This document shows positions 42,919-53,533 of a DNA stretch of 64,000 nucleotides, piece by piece (positions within the stretch are counted from its first letter, which is position 1; each line of letters starts with the position of its first letter). Both the position numbers and the translations under genes were made by a program. This DNA comes from Limnothrix sp. BL-A-16 (GTDB lineage: Bacteria; Cyanobacteriota; Cyanobacteriia; CACIAM-69d), in the NCBI GenBank assembly GCA_041937175.2, contig CP166615.1:640001-704000 (forward strand). Direction: 5' to 3'. The notes beneath the pieces are model-generated. The model ran no database searches, was not told the DNA's origin, and saw nothing but the letters and a program-made list of their open reading frames with translations.

Positions 42919-43782
42919 ATGTTTTCGATCTATATCCTCACCCACAACGAAGAAATCGATATTGCAGATTGCATCGAGTCTGCATTGCTGTCCGACGACA
43001 TCATTGTCGTTGACTCCCTCAGCACCGATCGCACTGTGGAAATCGCGCAAGACTACGCCCAGCGATCGCCCGTGCGCTTGGTGCAACACGCCTTTGAAAG
43101 CCACGGCAAACAGCGCACCTGGATGTTAGATCACGTTCCCACGCGGCATGATTGGGTTTACATCCTGGAAGCCGATGAACGGATGACCCCCGAACTTTTT
43201 CAGGAATGTTGCCAAACCATCCAACGGGCCCAACATGAGGCCTACTACGTGGCTGAACGGGTGATGTTCATGGGGCAATGGATTCGCCGCAGCACCCAAT
43301 ATCCCCGCTACCAACTGCGACTTTTTCGGAAAGATGCCGTCCGGTTTGATGACTACGGCCACACGGAGCGGGAGGTGGTGCAGGGAACCACGGGTTTTTT
43401 GCAAGAAACCTATCCCCACTTCACTTGCAGCAAGGGTCTGAGCCGCTGGCTGGATAAACACAACCGCTACTCCACCGATGAGGCCCAGGAAACCTTGGCC
43501 CAACTGTCGCGGGGCAACGTGTCTTGGCGTGATTTATTTTTTGGCAAGACGGAGGTGGCGCGGCGGCGGGCCCTCAAAAATTTATCCCTGCGGTTGCCTT
43601 GTCGTCCCTTAGTGCGATTTGTCTATATGTATTTCGTGCTGGGGGGCTGTTTGGATGGCCGAGGGGGATTTGCCTGGTGTGTGCTCCAGAGCTTTTATGA
43701 GTACCTGATTGTGCTGAAGGCTTGGGAGATGCGCTATGGCACAACCACCTCCCGATCGACCCCGCGCCTACGCAAGAACTAG
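42919..43782 (+). CDS. Glycosyltransferase family 2
   Basis: MFSIYILTHNEE, VVDSLSTD, ILEADE, KHNRYS. Confidence 0.9.
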   Translation: MFSIYILTHNEEIDIADCIESALLSDDIIVVDSLSTDRTVEIAQDYAQRSPVRLVQHAFESHGKQRTWMLDHVPTRHDWVYILEADERMTPELFQECCQTIQRAQHEAYYVAERVMFMGQWIRRSTQYPRYQLRLFRKDAVRFDDYGHTEREVVQGTTGFLQETYPHFTCSKGLSRWLDKHNRYSTDEAQETLAQLSRGNVSWRDLFFGKTEVARRRALKNLSLRLPCRPLVRFVYMYFVLGGCLDGRGGFAWCVLQSFYEYLIVLKAWEMRYGTTTSRSTPRLRKN

Positions 43783-43979
43783 GGTTTTCAGCGGCCTGTC
43801 ACTCCACATCCTGTGATTCAGCAGCGGACTTGGGGCCGATCGACTCCGAATCAGCACCCAACTGCTGCCGAATTCAATTCCCGGCAAATTCCCAAAAATC
43901 ACGAATCCAGCGCTCGGGCAATGGCAGAATGGTGAAACGGCGGTTGCGGCCCCCTTGCCCCTGCCCAAGTCCTAAAGCA

Positions 43980-46046
43980 ATGCCTGAAACGGATCGCATG
44001 GAAGGCGCTCCTCCTGTGGGTTCTTCAACCAATCGTGCCCGCCGTTCCAGATCCTCGAAGCGGGCGGGTGGGCCCCAGCGGTTGGCTGGGGTCAAAACCG
44101 CGTCAATTCTGGATCTGTTGTTGGGCCAATTGCCGCAACTGCGCACCCAAAGCTATTTCAAAGCGTCCCTGACGGCCCTTTCCCACGCGATCGAGGATTT
44201 GGTGTTGGCGGGGCCGGGCGATCGCCCCTTAGTGATTGCCAGCTTTCAACGAGAACGGTTCTATCGCCAAGAGGCCCGCCGCTACCATCGGATTGCGCAC
44301 CAGAGCGATCGGGTCTATGTGCTCTCGGCCCCGGAGGCGGAGTTTCGCAGTGCTTCGGGGGAATACGAAACGGTGGCCTTTGAACCCACCGATGCATTGG
44401 CCAACGAGTGGCACTTGGTGGTGCTGGGTGATCGGTATGCGGCCTGTTTGATCTGTGCGGAACGCCAGGGCGGTGAATCCCAGGCCGATCGGGCGGGCAG
44501 CTTTGGGGCAGACGATCGAGTACGGCGGTTTGAGGGGGTTTGGACGTTCGATCGCCAGGCCACCCAAATGGCCGCCAGCCTCTTGCTGGAGCGAATCCGC
44601 ACCTACCGCCCCGAGTTGGGCGACAAAATCGATCGCACTCTGGCCGAGTTCTCCGACGGGGGCGGCCCCACCCTGCCCGAAATTGACCCGGAACCCTTTG
44701 CCCATCGCCTTGTGACCTATTTGCAAGCGGGGCAATATAAGCTGCTGAAAGCCTACCGCTCCATTTCCACCCAAGAGCGCAAGGAGCGGCTGGTTAACCT
44801 GATTACCTCGGCCATCCGCCAATCGTTGGATCCTTCAGAGGTGATGGGGGTGGCCGTGCGCCAATTGGGGCAAGCCCTCCGCTCCTGTCGCTGCATTGCC
44901 TACCGTTGCAAGGACGGCGATGCCACGGCCACGGTGCAGTATGAAATGTTGGGAGCCGCCGTGCCCTCCCTGTTGGGACAATCCTGGACGCTGATTAGTC
45001 AAGACTGTTTTCAATCGGCCCTTCAGAACCATGGTGGGGTTTGCGTTCTGGATCTGAATGAGGAACCCCAACCGGGCTTGGTGCAGGCAATTGCAGAACA
45101 GTATGCGATCGCCTCTTGGTCGATCGTGCCCGTGTGCTATCGAGACAAGCTGTTAGGGGCGATCGAGCTGCATCACTGCGGGAGTTTACCGCGCCTTTGG
45201 TCTGCCGATGAAACGGGGTTGATGGATGCGGTGGCCACTCAGTTGGGTGCGGCCCTAATGCAGGCCCAAACCTATGCCGACCTTGAGGATCTCAATCAGC
45301 AACTGGAAGCGCTCGATCGCACCCGTAGCAACCTAATTGCGATCACCGGCCACGAACTGCGCACGCCCCTTTCCACCATCCAGGTCTGCCTTGAAAGCTT
45401 GGCCTCGGAACCGGATATGCCCCTGGAATTGCGCCAAGTGATGCTGGATACGGCCTTGGGCGATGCGGAACGAATGCGCGTGCTGGTGCAGGACTTTCTC
45501 ACTTTGTCTCACCTGGAAAGTGGGCGCGTTAATTGGAACCTGGAACCCTTGCCGCTCACGGAATGTGTGGAACTGGCCCTCAGCAGTGTTCGGGCCCGCG
45601 TGCCCCGCGATCGACTGCCCCACATTGCCTCGCAAGTATCCGAAGCGTTGCCCCCCGTGCGGGCCGATGGGGAATGGTTGGTGGAGGTGCTGTCCAAGCT
45701 GCTGGACAATGCCTGTAAGTTCACCCAGCCCGAAGGAGCCGTGACCATTGAGGCGGGCCCCACCCCGGACGGGGCGATCGAGGTGGTGATTACCGACACG
45801 GGCCGGGGCATTGAACCCAACCGTCTGGAAACCGTGTTCGATCGGTTCTATCAAGAGGAAGGATCCCTCCGGCGCACCGTGGGCGGAACTGGCCTGGGTT
45901 TGGCGATCTGTCGGCAAATTATCCTTGGTCTGGGCGGGCAAATTTGGGCCGAGTCAGACGGCAAGGATCGCGGCAGCCAATTCCACTTCACAATTCCGGT
46001 TTTTGAGGGCGATCGACCCAGTTCCCTCAGCGACTTGATCGGCTAA
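43980..46046 (+). CDS. DICT-GAF sensor histidine kinase (start approximate)
   Basis: YFKASLTALSHAIED, SFQRERFY, NEWHLVV (DICT); GHELRTPL; DTGRGI, GGTGLGL. Confidence 0.88.
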   Translation: MPETDRMEGAPPVGSSTNRARRSRSSKRAGGPQRLAGVKTASILDLLLGQLPQLRTQSYFKASLTALSHAIEDLVLAGPGDRPLVIASFQRERFYRQEARRYHRIAHQSDRVYVLSAPEAEFRSASGEYETVAFEPTDALANEWHLVVLGDRYAACLICAERQGGESQADRAGSFGADDRVRRFEGVWTFDRQATQMAASLLLERIRTYRPELGDKIDRTLAEFSDGGGPTLPEIDPEPFAHRLVTYLQAGQYKLLKAYRSISTQERKERLVNLITSAIRQSLDPSEVMGVAVRQLGQALRSCRCIAYRCKDGDATATVQYEMLGAAVPSLLGQSWTLISQDCFQSALQNHGGVCVLDLNEEPQPGLVQAIAEQYAIASWSIVPVCYRDKLLGAIELHHCGSLPRLWSADETGLMDAVATQLGAALMQAQTYADLEDLNQQLEALDRTRSNLIAITGHELRTPLSTIQVCLESLASEPDMPLELRQVMLDTALGDAERMRVLVQDFLTLSHLESGRVNWNLEPLPLTECVELALSSVRARVPRDRLPHIASQVSEALPPVRADGEWLVEVLSKLLDNACKFTQPEGAVTIEAGPTPDGAIEVVITDTGRGIEPNRLETVFDRFYQEEGSLRRTVGGTGLGLAICRQIILGLGGQIWAESDGKDRGSQFHFTIPVFEGDRPSSLSDLIG

Positions 46047-46099
46047 ATCTTAGGACTTTGAAATTCTGAAACTCAAGAAACTTAAGTAATATCATTTTA

Positions 46100-46241
46100 A
46101 GGCGTTTCTTTATTTGGTTCAAAAACATAGATCTGCCGTTAGCGGATTGTGTGAGACAAGGGCCTTAAGCTCCTTGTTACGACGATTAGGGCATAGAAGA
46201 TCAACCGTTTCAGCATCACCTCGAAAAATGACGACACCCCC
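46100..46241 (-). mobile_element. ~142 bp MITE, copy 3 (one end degenerate)
   Basis: Reverse complement of copy 2; intact end TGACGACACCCCC|TA; other end eroded but colinear and TA-flanked. Confidence 0.75.
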
Positions 46242-46276
46242 TAAGCCCTTAAAAGTTTGAGCAATCTACTCCAACC

Positions 46277-47665
46277 TTAAGGCGCGGCATCACTGCCCAG
46301 GCGCACCGTGATATCGGAACCTAAATCGCCCGTCGCCGATCGATCCAAGGAACCGTAGCCTAGCCGCCGTTGCACCAACTCAGCCAGATCCAGATCGCCG
46401 CCCTGGACAATGATTTGGGTGTCCCTTTGTACTTGGGGCCAAGCATCGATCGCCCGCACTTGTTGGAACCCCGCCCGCCGCAATTGGGCGATCGCGGCCG
46501 CCAACCGGGCCGGATCGCCACTGGCGTTTTGCACAGAAATGCGGCTGAAGGTTTGGCCGTATTGATCACGGGCGCTGGCGCTGAGGAGTTTGGTGCGCCG
46601 ACCCACGCCGGGTCGATCGGGCGGAAAGTAGCTTTCCAACAGGCGGGCAACGGCCTTGGGATCGGGGTTCCAAAAGTTACTGGCATCCATCTGACCCGGC
46701 AACAGTAACAGACGCACCTGCTCCGGCTCCTGCTGAATCAACAGATGAACCAGCGCCAACACTTCTGGGCGAGCCAGATCCGTGCGCAGGTATTTGTGAA
46801 CCCGTTGGGCAATTTGGGGCAACTGGGGCAACACACTGGGACTGAGGGCCCGATCGCGCAGGGCCCGTAACAGCAATTGCAACCGCTGCACCCGATCGAG
46901 TTCGCCCCAAGCACTATCCACACGGTAGCGGGCGAACTGTTCAGCCGCACTGCCATCCAAGCTTTGCCAACCGCTATCTAGTTGAATTTTGAGCTGTCCC
47001 GCCCGATCGCGGTAGCGCATCGCCTGGGGTACAGAGAGTTCCACCCCGCCCAACAGATCGACCAGTTCTCGCAAGCCTTCGGGATTCAGCCGCACGGTGC
47101 GATCGATCCGCAACCCGCCCAGGGTGTTGCTTACGGACTGCTGCACCAGGGCCGTGCCGCCGATGGTGTCCGCTTCGTGCAATGCGCCCACAGCTCCGTT
47201 GGGGAACGCCACCCGTGTATCCCGAGGCAACGACATCACCGTCACAGTGCCATCGGTGGGATCAAACCGAGCCAACCAAATAGCATCCGCATGACCATTC
47301 AAGGCTTCCGGCGCACCCAGGGGAATTCCGGGGGAAGGTTCCACCCCCAAAACCAAAATCGTGAGCGGTTGCAGGAGGCGATATTGCAACCCGCTGCGCC
47401 ACAGTTGCTCTAGGGTTTCATGGCGCATGAGGGGCACAACGGCCGGATCCAGGGGCATAAACAGGGCGGCGGCGGCTCCCAAGGTGGCCGAAATGGTGCC
47501 AATCGCCACGCCGGCCATCCCCCAAAACAGCAGGCGGGCTAACCAACCCGATCGCGGTTGTTGCCAATCGGCAGCCACCCACCGGCCCACCCGATCGGGA
47601 TAGGGGGTGGCGGGCGGCTGGGCCGGTTGATCTGCGGGGGAGGAAAAGGGAGAAAACTGACTCAA
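46277..47665 (-). CDS. LCP (LytR-CpsA-Psr) family protein with LytR_C tail
   Basis: TILVLG, MSLPRDT, LVDLLGGV, ARYR...ELDRVQR, VQNASG, ITVRLGSD. Confidence 0.88.
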   Translation of the reverse strand: MSQFSPFSSPADQPAQPPATPYPDRVGRWVAADWQQPRSGWLARLLFWGMAGVAIGTISATLGAAAALFMPLDPAVVPLMRHETLEQLWRSGLQYRLLQPLTILVLGVEPSPGIPLGAPEALNGHADAIWLARFDPTDGTVTVMSLPRDTRVAFPNGAVGALHEADTIGGTALVQQSVSNTLGGLRIDRTVRLNPEGLRELVDLLGGVELSVPQAMRYRDRAGQLKIQLDSGWQSLDGSAAEQFARYRVDSAWGELDRVQRLQLLLRALRDRALSPSVLPQLPQIAQRVHKYLRTDLARPEVLALVHLLIQQEPEQVRLLLLPGQMDASNFWNPDPKAVARLLESYFPPDRPGVGRRTKLLSASARDQYGQTFSRISVQNASGDPARLAAAIAQLRRAGFQQVRAIDAWPQVQRDTQIIVQGGDLDLAELVQRRLGYGSLDRSATGDLGSDITVRLGSDAAP

Positions 47666-47713
47666 CGCTGACCTTAGACCTAATTACGAATTGAAATTTA
47701 CGAAATGGGATTA

Positions 47714-47856
47714 GGGCATGTCGTCAAATCGCCCGAAACCCTGATTTCACCGTTGGCAGATCGTGGGGGGCAAGGGGCTTAAGCCCCTTGTCTAGGGCGG
47801 CTAGGGGATTGAAGATCAACCGTTTTTACTGGATCCCAGGGCATGACGACAGGCCC
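47714..47856 (-). mobile_element. ~142 bp MITE, copy 4
   Basis: TA|GGGCATGTCGTCA...TGACGACAGGCCC|TA; perfect CAAGGGGCTTAAGCCCCTTG palindrome; reverse complement of copy 1. Confidence 0.82.
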
Positions 47857-47910
47857 TAATGAGAAAATGCGATTTCTTGTTGTTTGGATGAGTTCTCTAG
47901 CCGATCGCGC

Positions 47911-48954
47911 TCATACCTTGGGCGACAAGCGCATTGTAAGCCGTAAATAGATGGCGATCGGCTGACCTGTGGCAGTGAGGGCCGGCAAAAAGCGCAGTTG
48001 GGCGGCGCGGGCTTCGAGGGCCTGTTGGGTTGTCACACTTAAGCCCGGGGTCAGCAATCCCGCAAAGCCAACGGAGCCATCGGCCATCACGGCTAACCGC
48101 AAATCCACCGCCCGATCGGCCCAATTGGCTAACTCTGGATAGTCTCGCAAGTTCAAACTCGGTGGCGCGGATTGCAACTGGGGCAAGCGGCTCAGGTCGG
48201 CCGCTTGGACGATCGGGCTGCCATCGCCCGGTGTGGTTAGTTCTAACCCAACAATCGCCAGGCCGAATGCTTGGTTTCCCCCCTGGCCTGGGTTGGGGTT
48301 GGTGCTGGGGCCGCCGGAATTCCCGGTATTGGGAGCGGGCGGGCTATTGGGATTTGGCCCCGTGCCATTGGGAGCAGGATTCGGGGTGATCGGGCGATTT
48401 GGGGGCGCATTTTGCCAACCGGGAGCGGCATAGTCCGGGGGCAGGTTCGGATCGATCGGGTCGGGGTTGAAGGGTCGATCGGGAACCGGGGCCCCACCAG
48501 TCGGCTCACCGGGCCAGCGGGGTTGGCTGGCCGCGCCGGGCCCCGAGCCTTGCAGTTGCCCCGGATCCACTTGCCGCAACGGAGCCAGCGGCCGCAACGG
48601 TTGCCCCGCAGCGGGATTGGCCGGAGGAGCACCAGGAGCAGCCGGATTAGCCGCCGCACTCGCGGGATTGCCTGCAACAGGATTGGCGGGATTATTGGGG
48701 GAGTTCGGCCCCGTTGCGGTTGCTGAACTCCCCGCCGCTGGCAAGGTCACCCGCACCACCGGCAAGGGCCCCGCCGCCGGCCCCGCTTGGGCCCCCGATC
48801 GCCCCAAACTCCAGAGGGCCAACCCGTGAAGGGCGATCGCGCCCAAGACCGCTCCCCCCCAAAATCGGCGCGATCGGGTTGCCGGTTGGTAGTGAATGGG
48901 CAAGCCTTCCGGAGCAACGGCATGGGTCGATCGATCAACGGGGCGATCGGGCAT
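47911..48954 (-). CDS. TonB-like proline-rich protein
   Basis: TM containing LH, long Pro/Asn linker, C-terminal V...DGSV...RFLPA...GQP. Confidence 0.6.
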   Translation of the reverse strand: MPDRPVDRSTHAVAPEGLPIHYQPATRSRRFWGGAVLGAIALHGLALWSLGRSGAQAGPAAGPLPVVRVTLPAAGSSATATGPNSPNNPANPVAGNPASAAANPAAPGAPPANPAAGQPLRPLAPLRQVDPGQLQGSGPGAASQPRWPGEPTGGAPVPDRPFNPDPIDPNLPPDYAAPGWQNAPPNRPITPNPAPNGTGPNPNSPPAPNTGNSGGPSTNPNPGQGGNQAFGLAIVGLELTTPGDGSPIVQAADLSRLPQLQSAPPSLNLRDYPELANWADRAVDLRLAVMADGSVGFAGLLTPGLSVTTQQALEARAAQLRFLPALTATGQPIAIYLRLTMRLSPKV

Positions 48955-49259
48955 GGTCTTTCACTAAATGTCCAACTTGATTCCAAATTCGTCCGATGAT
49001 TCAGAAAACCATTCGGACAATCATCCCGAGATTCAGCCCAAGATTTCCCGCAAAATCCAAAGTGGGGTTTCCTGCTGGTCGCCACCTGTTTCAAAATTAA
49101 CGATTAATCAAACCATTCATCAGCCCATTCGCTAGCCGATTCATTCACCCGAAATTCTGCCACCGCGCTTTCGCGCCTTCAAGAATCCCACTTTGGCCCA
49201 CTGCCCAAGCGACTTCAAACCGGCCCCAACCTGTTAATTAACCTTTGCAAACCAATCCT

Positions 49260-49877
49260 ATGACCGCCACCAGCACCGCACCTCAGCTCACCAGCGCCCT
49301 CGACTATTTCCGCCAAAGCGCCGGCCAATGGCAATCCCAGCGAGTAACCCATCACTTGGCCTTTCGACGGGCCGAAGTGGGCGAGTCGGAAATTCAGGTG
49401 GAAATGCTAGAGGTCACCGATCCGCGTTTGGCCGAAATTTGCCAGATGTATGACATTGACCCTGCCGCTGCGGCCGGTGGGGCCCTGGTGACCTGGAAAA
49501 GCTTGATGGCTTGGGATGCTTCTGAGGAAGACAACCACGAGGGGCAAACGGTGATGGTGATTGTGCCGGATGCCACGGACGATCGCCGAGGCAAGCTGCT
49601 GCGGGAACGGGGCTATGCAGAAACGGCTCCCGTGGCCGGTGAATATCACCTGGACGAGGAAGGGGGCATGGTTTTAACCACGGAATACGAAACCATGAGT
49701 TCCGTGGAGCGCTTTTGGTTTCCCAATCCGGATTTGCGGATGCGCACCAGTGTGCTGAAGCGGTTTGGCGGTTTCAACACGGCCACGTTCTGCACGGAAG
49801 TACGGGTGGGCTGCAATCAATCGGCGGTGGCGGCCGGGGGCGATCGGGAGCAGGCGATCTCGGCCCTGGGTTGGTAA
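49260..49877 (+). CDS. cpcS: CpcS/CpeS-family phycobiliprotein lyase
   Basis: FRQSAGQWQSQRVTHHL, LLRERGYAE, ERFWFPNPDLRMR. Confidence 0.85.
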   Translation: MTATSTAPQLTSALDYFRQSAGQWQSQRVTHHLAFRRAEVGESEIQVEMLEVTDPRLAEICQMYDIDPAAAAGGALVTWKSLMAWDASEEDNHEGQTVMVIVPDATDDRRGKLLRERGYAETAPVAGEYHLDEEGGMVLTTEYETMSSVERFWFPNPDLRMRTSVLKRFGGFNTATFCTEVRVGCNQSAVAAGGDREQAISALGW

Positions 49878-50345
49878 TGCCTGAGTGGGTAATGCCTGAG
49901 TGGGTCGCGATCGGGTTAGCAAATCCCGGGTTGGCCATCCAGGAGCGATCGACCGCCGAATTCCTCAGAATCCGACTTGGTTCGTGAAGAACCACCAGCG
50001 ACGCGAAACGCTTTGGTACAATTTGCGGTAGCTAGCAATGCTTTTAAACAGTGGAGTGCTTCGGCGCTTCTGCTGACCGGGCGATCAACGCCTGGCCCCA
50101 TCCGGCCAACACAGGCGCGATCGCACCATTCCCACAGCGAACCATGCGCGGCTCCCCGTGCATGTCAAGCTTTATTAAGCGTTTTTCAGGAACCGTGCTT
50201 GCCCTCACAGCAATCTCGTAACCTGAAAAATGGCAAATTTGGCAGCGTCACCTTGTTGGTTCCTGCCAGCCGATGTGCCTTTAACAAGCGCACGTTAACA
50301 AAGCCCGTGACTTTTTGAGACTACCGAGACTACGGAGATTCTGAC

Positions 50346-51107
50346 GTGGCTATTCCTGTATTGAGCTTCTCCCCTTCTTCGCAAAACCAACGTGTGGCTG
50401 GTTACGAAGTGGGCAGTGAAGAGCAACCGAAAATTTACGCAATCGAAAACGTCTTCTCTGGCGGTGACATGGACGAGCTGATCTGGGCGGCCTATCGCCA
50501 GGTCTTCAGCGAGCACCAAAACATCGCGAACAACCGCCAAACTTTCCTGGAATCGCAACTCCGCTACGGTCAAATCACCGTTAAGGATTTCATCCGGGGC
50601 TTGGCCACGTCGGACAGCTTCCGCCGCTTGAACCTGGATACCAACAGCAACTATCGCTTCGTGGAAATCTGCGTTCAGCGGATTTTGGGCCGCGACGTGT
50701 ATAGCGAGCGGGAAAAGATTGCTTGGTCGATCCTGCTGCCCACCAAGGGTCTGCAAGGTTTCATCGATGCGCTGGTGGATAGCGAAGAATACGCCGCCAA
50801 CTTCGGTGACAACACGGTTCCTTTCCAGCGTCGTCGTGTGCTGCCCCAGCGCACCGGAGGCGAAACCCCCTTCAACCTGAAGACTCCTCGCTACGAGGCT
50901 TACCACCGCAGCCAACTGGGCTTCCCGCAAGTGGTGTGGCAAAACTCGGTGCGTCGCTTCACTCCCCAAGAGAAGAAAATTGGCGCTGGCAGCCCCGCCG
51001 GTTTCCTTGGCATGGCTCGTTCGGTAACTCCCTCGCTGCCGGTGGTGTCCCGCACGCCTCTGGCCAACATCAACATCGCCACCGCCGTGCCCTATCGCAA
51101 GCGCTAA
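50346..51107 (+). CDS. cpcG: Phycobilisome rod-core linker (GTG start)
   Basis: [38 protein letters not shown]. Confidence 0.92.
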   Translation: MAIPVLSFSPSSQNQRVAGYEVGSEEQPKIYAIENVFSGGDMDELIWAAYRQVFSEHQNIANNRQTFLESQLRYGQITVKDFIRGLATSDSFRRLNLDTNSNYRFVEICVQRILGRDVYSEREKIAWSILLPTKGLQGFIDALVDSEEYAANFGDNTVPFQRRRVLPQRTGGETPFNLKTPRYEAYHRSQLGFPQVVWQNSVRRFTPQEKKIGAGSPAGFLGMARSVTPSLPVVSRTPLANINIATAVPYRKR

Positions 51108-51205
51108 GTGGGACGATCGGGCGATGACTGTCAGGGGCTTGGGCCCCGGTCATTGCTCGGTTTCTGGGTTTTGCAGGACGAAACTCAACAACTCATCACA
51201 ACGCA

Positions 51206-51237
51206 ACAGAGGGCCGGGATAATTCCTGGCCCTCTGT
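51206..51237. terminator. Hairpin between convergent cpcG and groEL2
   Basis: ACAGAGGGCCGGGA-taat-TCCTGGCCCTCTGT. Confidence 0.7.
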
Positions 51238-51386
51238 GTTTGCTTTTGCCTCAGTCGCTGATTCAGGTTTTGATTCAGGTTTTGAGCTGGGGCGCTGACA
51301 GGCTGTTGAGATGATGGGAGCTGCGGCGGGCCCGATGGGGGCCCAATCGCAGCTAGGCAAACTGGAGCGGGCGATCGATCCGGGAA

Positions 51387-53093
51387 TTACATCCCGAAGC
51401 CGCCCATACCCATACCACCCATGCCCATACCACCCATGCCCATACCGCCCATACCACCCATGCCGCCCATGCCACCCATGGGATCACCACCGGCGGGAGC
51501 TGCGGGTTTCGGTTCGGGTTTGTCAACCACGATCGCCTCGGTGGTCAGCACCAAACCGGCGATCGAGGCAGCATTTTGCAGGGCTGTCCGCAACACCTTA
51601 GCCGGGTCAATGATTCCCATCGCTTGGGTGTCTTCGTAGGTTCCGGTCAGCGCGTTGAAGCCGATGTTGTCGCCTTGGTTGCGTACCTTCTCAACCACCA
51701 CGGAGCCTTCATAACCGGCGTTTTCGGCAATTTGGCTGAGGGGGGCGGTCAAGGCTTTCGCCACAATGCTGGCCCCGATCGCCTCTTCCTCGTTCAGGGT
51801 GGTCTTGAAGCTTTCGGCCAGTTTGGCCAGGCGCATCAGAGTTGCTCCACCACCGGCCACCACCCCTTCCGCGATCGCGGACTTGGTGGCGTTCACGGCA
51901 TCTTCAATTCGCAGCTTCCGTTCCTTCAGTTCGGTTTCGGTGGCCGCGCCCACTTTAATCACAGCCACACCACCGATCAAGCGAGCGATCCGCTCTTGCA
52001 GCTTTTCGGTGTCGTAGTCGCTGTCAGTGGCAGCCAGTTCATCCTTGAGCTGTTGCACCCGGGCGGTAATGGCGGCCTGATCAGCCCGATCGCCCGCCAC
52101 GATCGTGGTCGAATCCTTGGTGATCGTCACCTTTTGGGCATATCCCAAAACGCTGGTATCACAGGATTCCAGCTTCGTGCCCGTCTCTTCGCTAACCACC
52201 TGGCCGCCAACCACGAGGGCAATATCTTCGAGCATGAACTTGCGGCGCTCGCCAAAGCCCGGAGCTTTCACAGCGGCCACGTTCAGCACGCCCCGCAGTT
52301 TGTTGATCACCAGGGTTGAAAGCGCATCGCCTTCAATATCTTGGGCAATGATCAACAGCGATTTGCCATCGCGCACCACCCCTTCCAGAATGCTCACAAT
52401 TTCCGTGAGGCTATTGATTTTGCCGTCCGTCAGCAGCACAGCCACATTGTGCAACTCCGTGATCATCCGTTCGGAATCGGTCACGAAGTAGGGAGAAGTG
52501 TAGCCGCGATCGAACTGCATCCCTTCCACCACGTCCATTTCGGTGGTCAAGGACTTCGACTCTTCCACGGTGATCACGCCGTTTTGGGTGACCCGATCGA
52601 AGGCATTGGCGATCGTGCTGCCGATTTCCGGGTCGCTACCGGCGGCCACAGCGGCAATTTGGGCGATCGCCTCGTTGCCGCTAATCGGTTGCGCCAGCTC
52701 GTTAATTTCCGCCACCAACCGGGCAACGGTCTTGTCAATCCCGCGCCGCAGGGCCACGGGGTTGGTACCGGCGGTCACATTTTTCATGCCCTCGCGCACT
52801 AGGGCTTGGGCCAATACGGTGGCTGTCGTGGTTCCGTCACCCGCAATATCTTTGGTCTTGATGGCCACTTCGCGCACCAAGCGAGCACCCGTATTCTCCA
52901 GGGGGCTTTCCAATTCAATTTCTTTCGCGATCGTGATGCCGTCATTCACGATGCTGGGAATACCAAATTTCTTTTCCAGCAAAACGTTTCGGCCTTTGGG
53001 GCCCAGCGTGACGCGCACGGCATCGGCCAAGGCGTTAACACCGTTTTCGAGGGCGCGGCGCGATTCGTCGCTGAAGGAGACGATCTTAACCAT
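51387..53093 (-). CDS. groEL2: Chaperonin GroEL (monocistronic, groEL2-type)
   Basis: [24 protein letters not shown] tail; no adjacent groES. Confidence 0.92.
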   Translation of the reverse strand: MVKIVSFSDESRRALENGVNALADAVRVTLGPKGRNVLLEKKFGIPSIVNDGITIAKEIELESPLENTGARLVREVAIKTKDIAGDGTTTATVLAQALVREGMKNVTAGTNPVALRRGIDKTVARLVAEINELAQPISGNEAIAQIAAVAAGSDPEIGSTIANAFDRVTQNGVITVEESKSLTTEMDVVEGMQFDRGYTSPYFVTDSERMITELHNVAVLLTDGKINSLTEIVSILEGVVRDGKSLLIIAQDIEGDALSTLVINKLRGVLNVAAVKAPGFGERRKFMLEDIALVVGGQVVSEETGTKLESCDTSVLGYAQKVTITKDSTTIVAGDRADQAAITARVQQLKDELAATDSDYDTEKLQERIARLIGGVAVIKVGAATETELKERKLRIEDAVNATKSAIAEGVVAGGGATLMRLAKLAESFKTTLNEEEAIGASIVAKALTAPLSQIAENAGYEGSVVVEKVRNQGDNIGFNALTGTYEDTQAMGIIDPAKVLRTALQNAASIAGLVLTTEAIVVDKPEPKPAAPAGGDPMGGMGGMGGMGGMGMGGMGMGGMGMGGFGM

Positions 53094-53153
53094 AGGGGTG
53101 TGGGGTCGCTATCCGTGATTTACCAATGGTTCACCCCAAGACTGTATGCAAAT

Positions 53154-53180
53154 TTGGCACTCTCGGAAAGGGAGTGCTAA
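53154..53180 (-). promoter_or_regulatory. CIRCE element (HrcA operator)
   Basis: Minus strand TTAGCACTC-N9-GAGTGCCAA, 60 bp upstream of groEL. Confidence 0.92.
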
Positions 53181-53221
53181 CCGAACCTATGGAATTTTCC
53201 CGGATTAATTTTCCCCGGTTA

Positions 53222-53324
53222 GGGCCTGTCGTCGTTGAGCACGAAACCCTAGATCTGTCGTTAGCGGATTGCGTGGGACAAGGGGCTTAAACCCTTGCCC
53301 CCACGACAATTGATGACTAATGCC
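53222..53324 (-). mobile_element. MITE copy 5, truncated or internally deleted (distal end approximate)
   Basis: TA|GGGCCTGTCGTCGTTGAGCACGAAACCCTAGATCTGTCGTTAGCGGAT matches the reverse complement of copy 2 up to the central hairpin. Confidence 0.72.
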
Positions 53325-53533
53325 TAGCCTGTACTGAAAGATACTTCTCAGACATCCTCTAAGGGGTTGGAGATCGTGCCGATCTGTCGATCCGAAGATT
53401 GTGCTGGTCAGAAATTGCGCCGATCGGGAGATCAACCGCTGACCCGGCGATCGAACCGGGCTGTGCTAACCGCCAAGGGCCTAGACGGAGCAAGCTAGAC
53501 TAGAAACAGTCCACACCGCCAGCAGCTTTCAGC

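Noticed and set aside
43980..46046. Naming the DICT-GAF kinase as Hik2/CSK
   Set aside because: I cannot match it to Hik2 from the sequence; left unnamed
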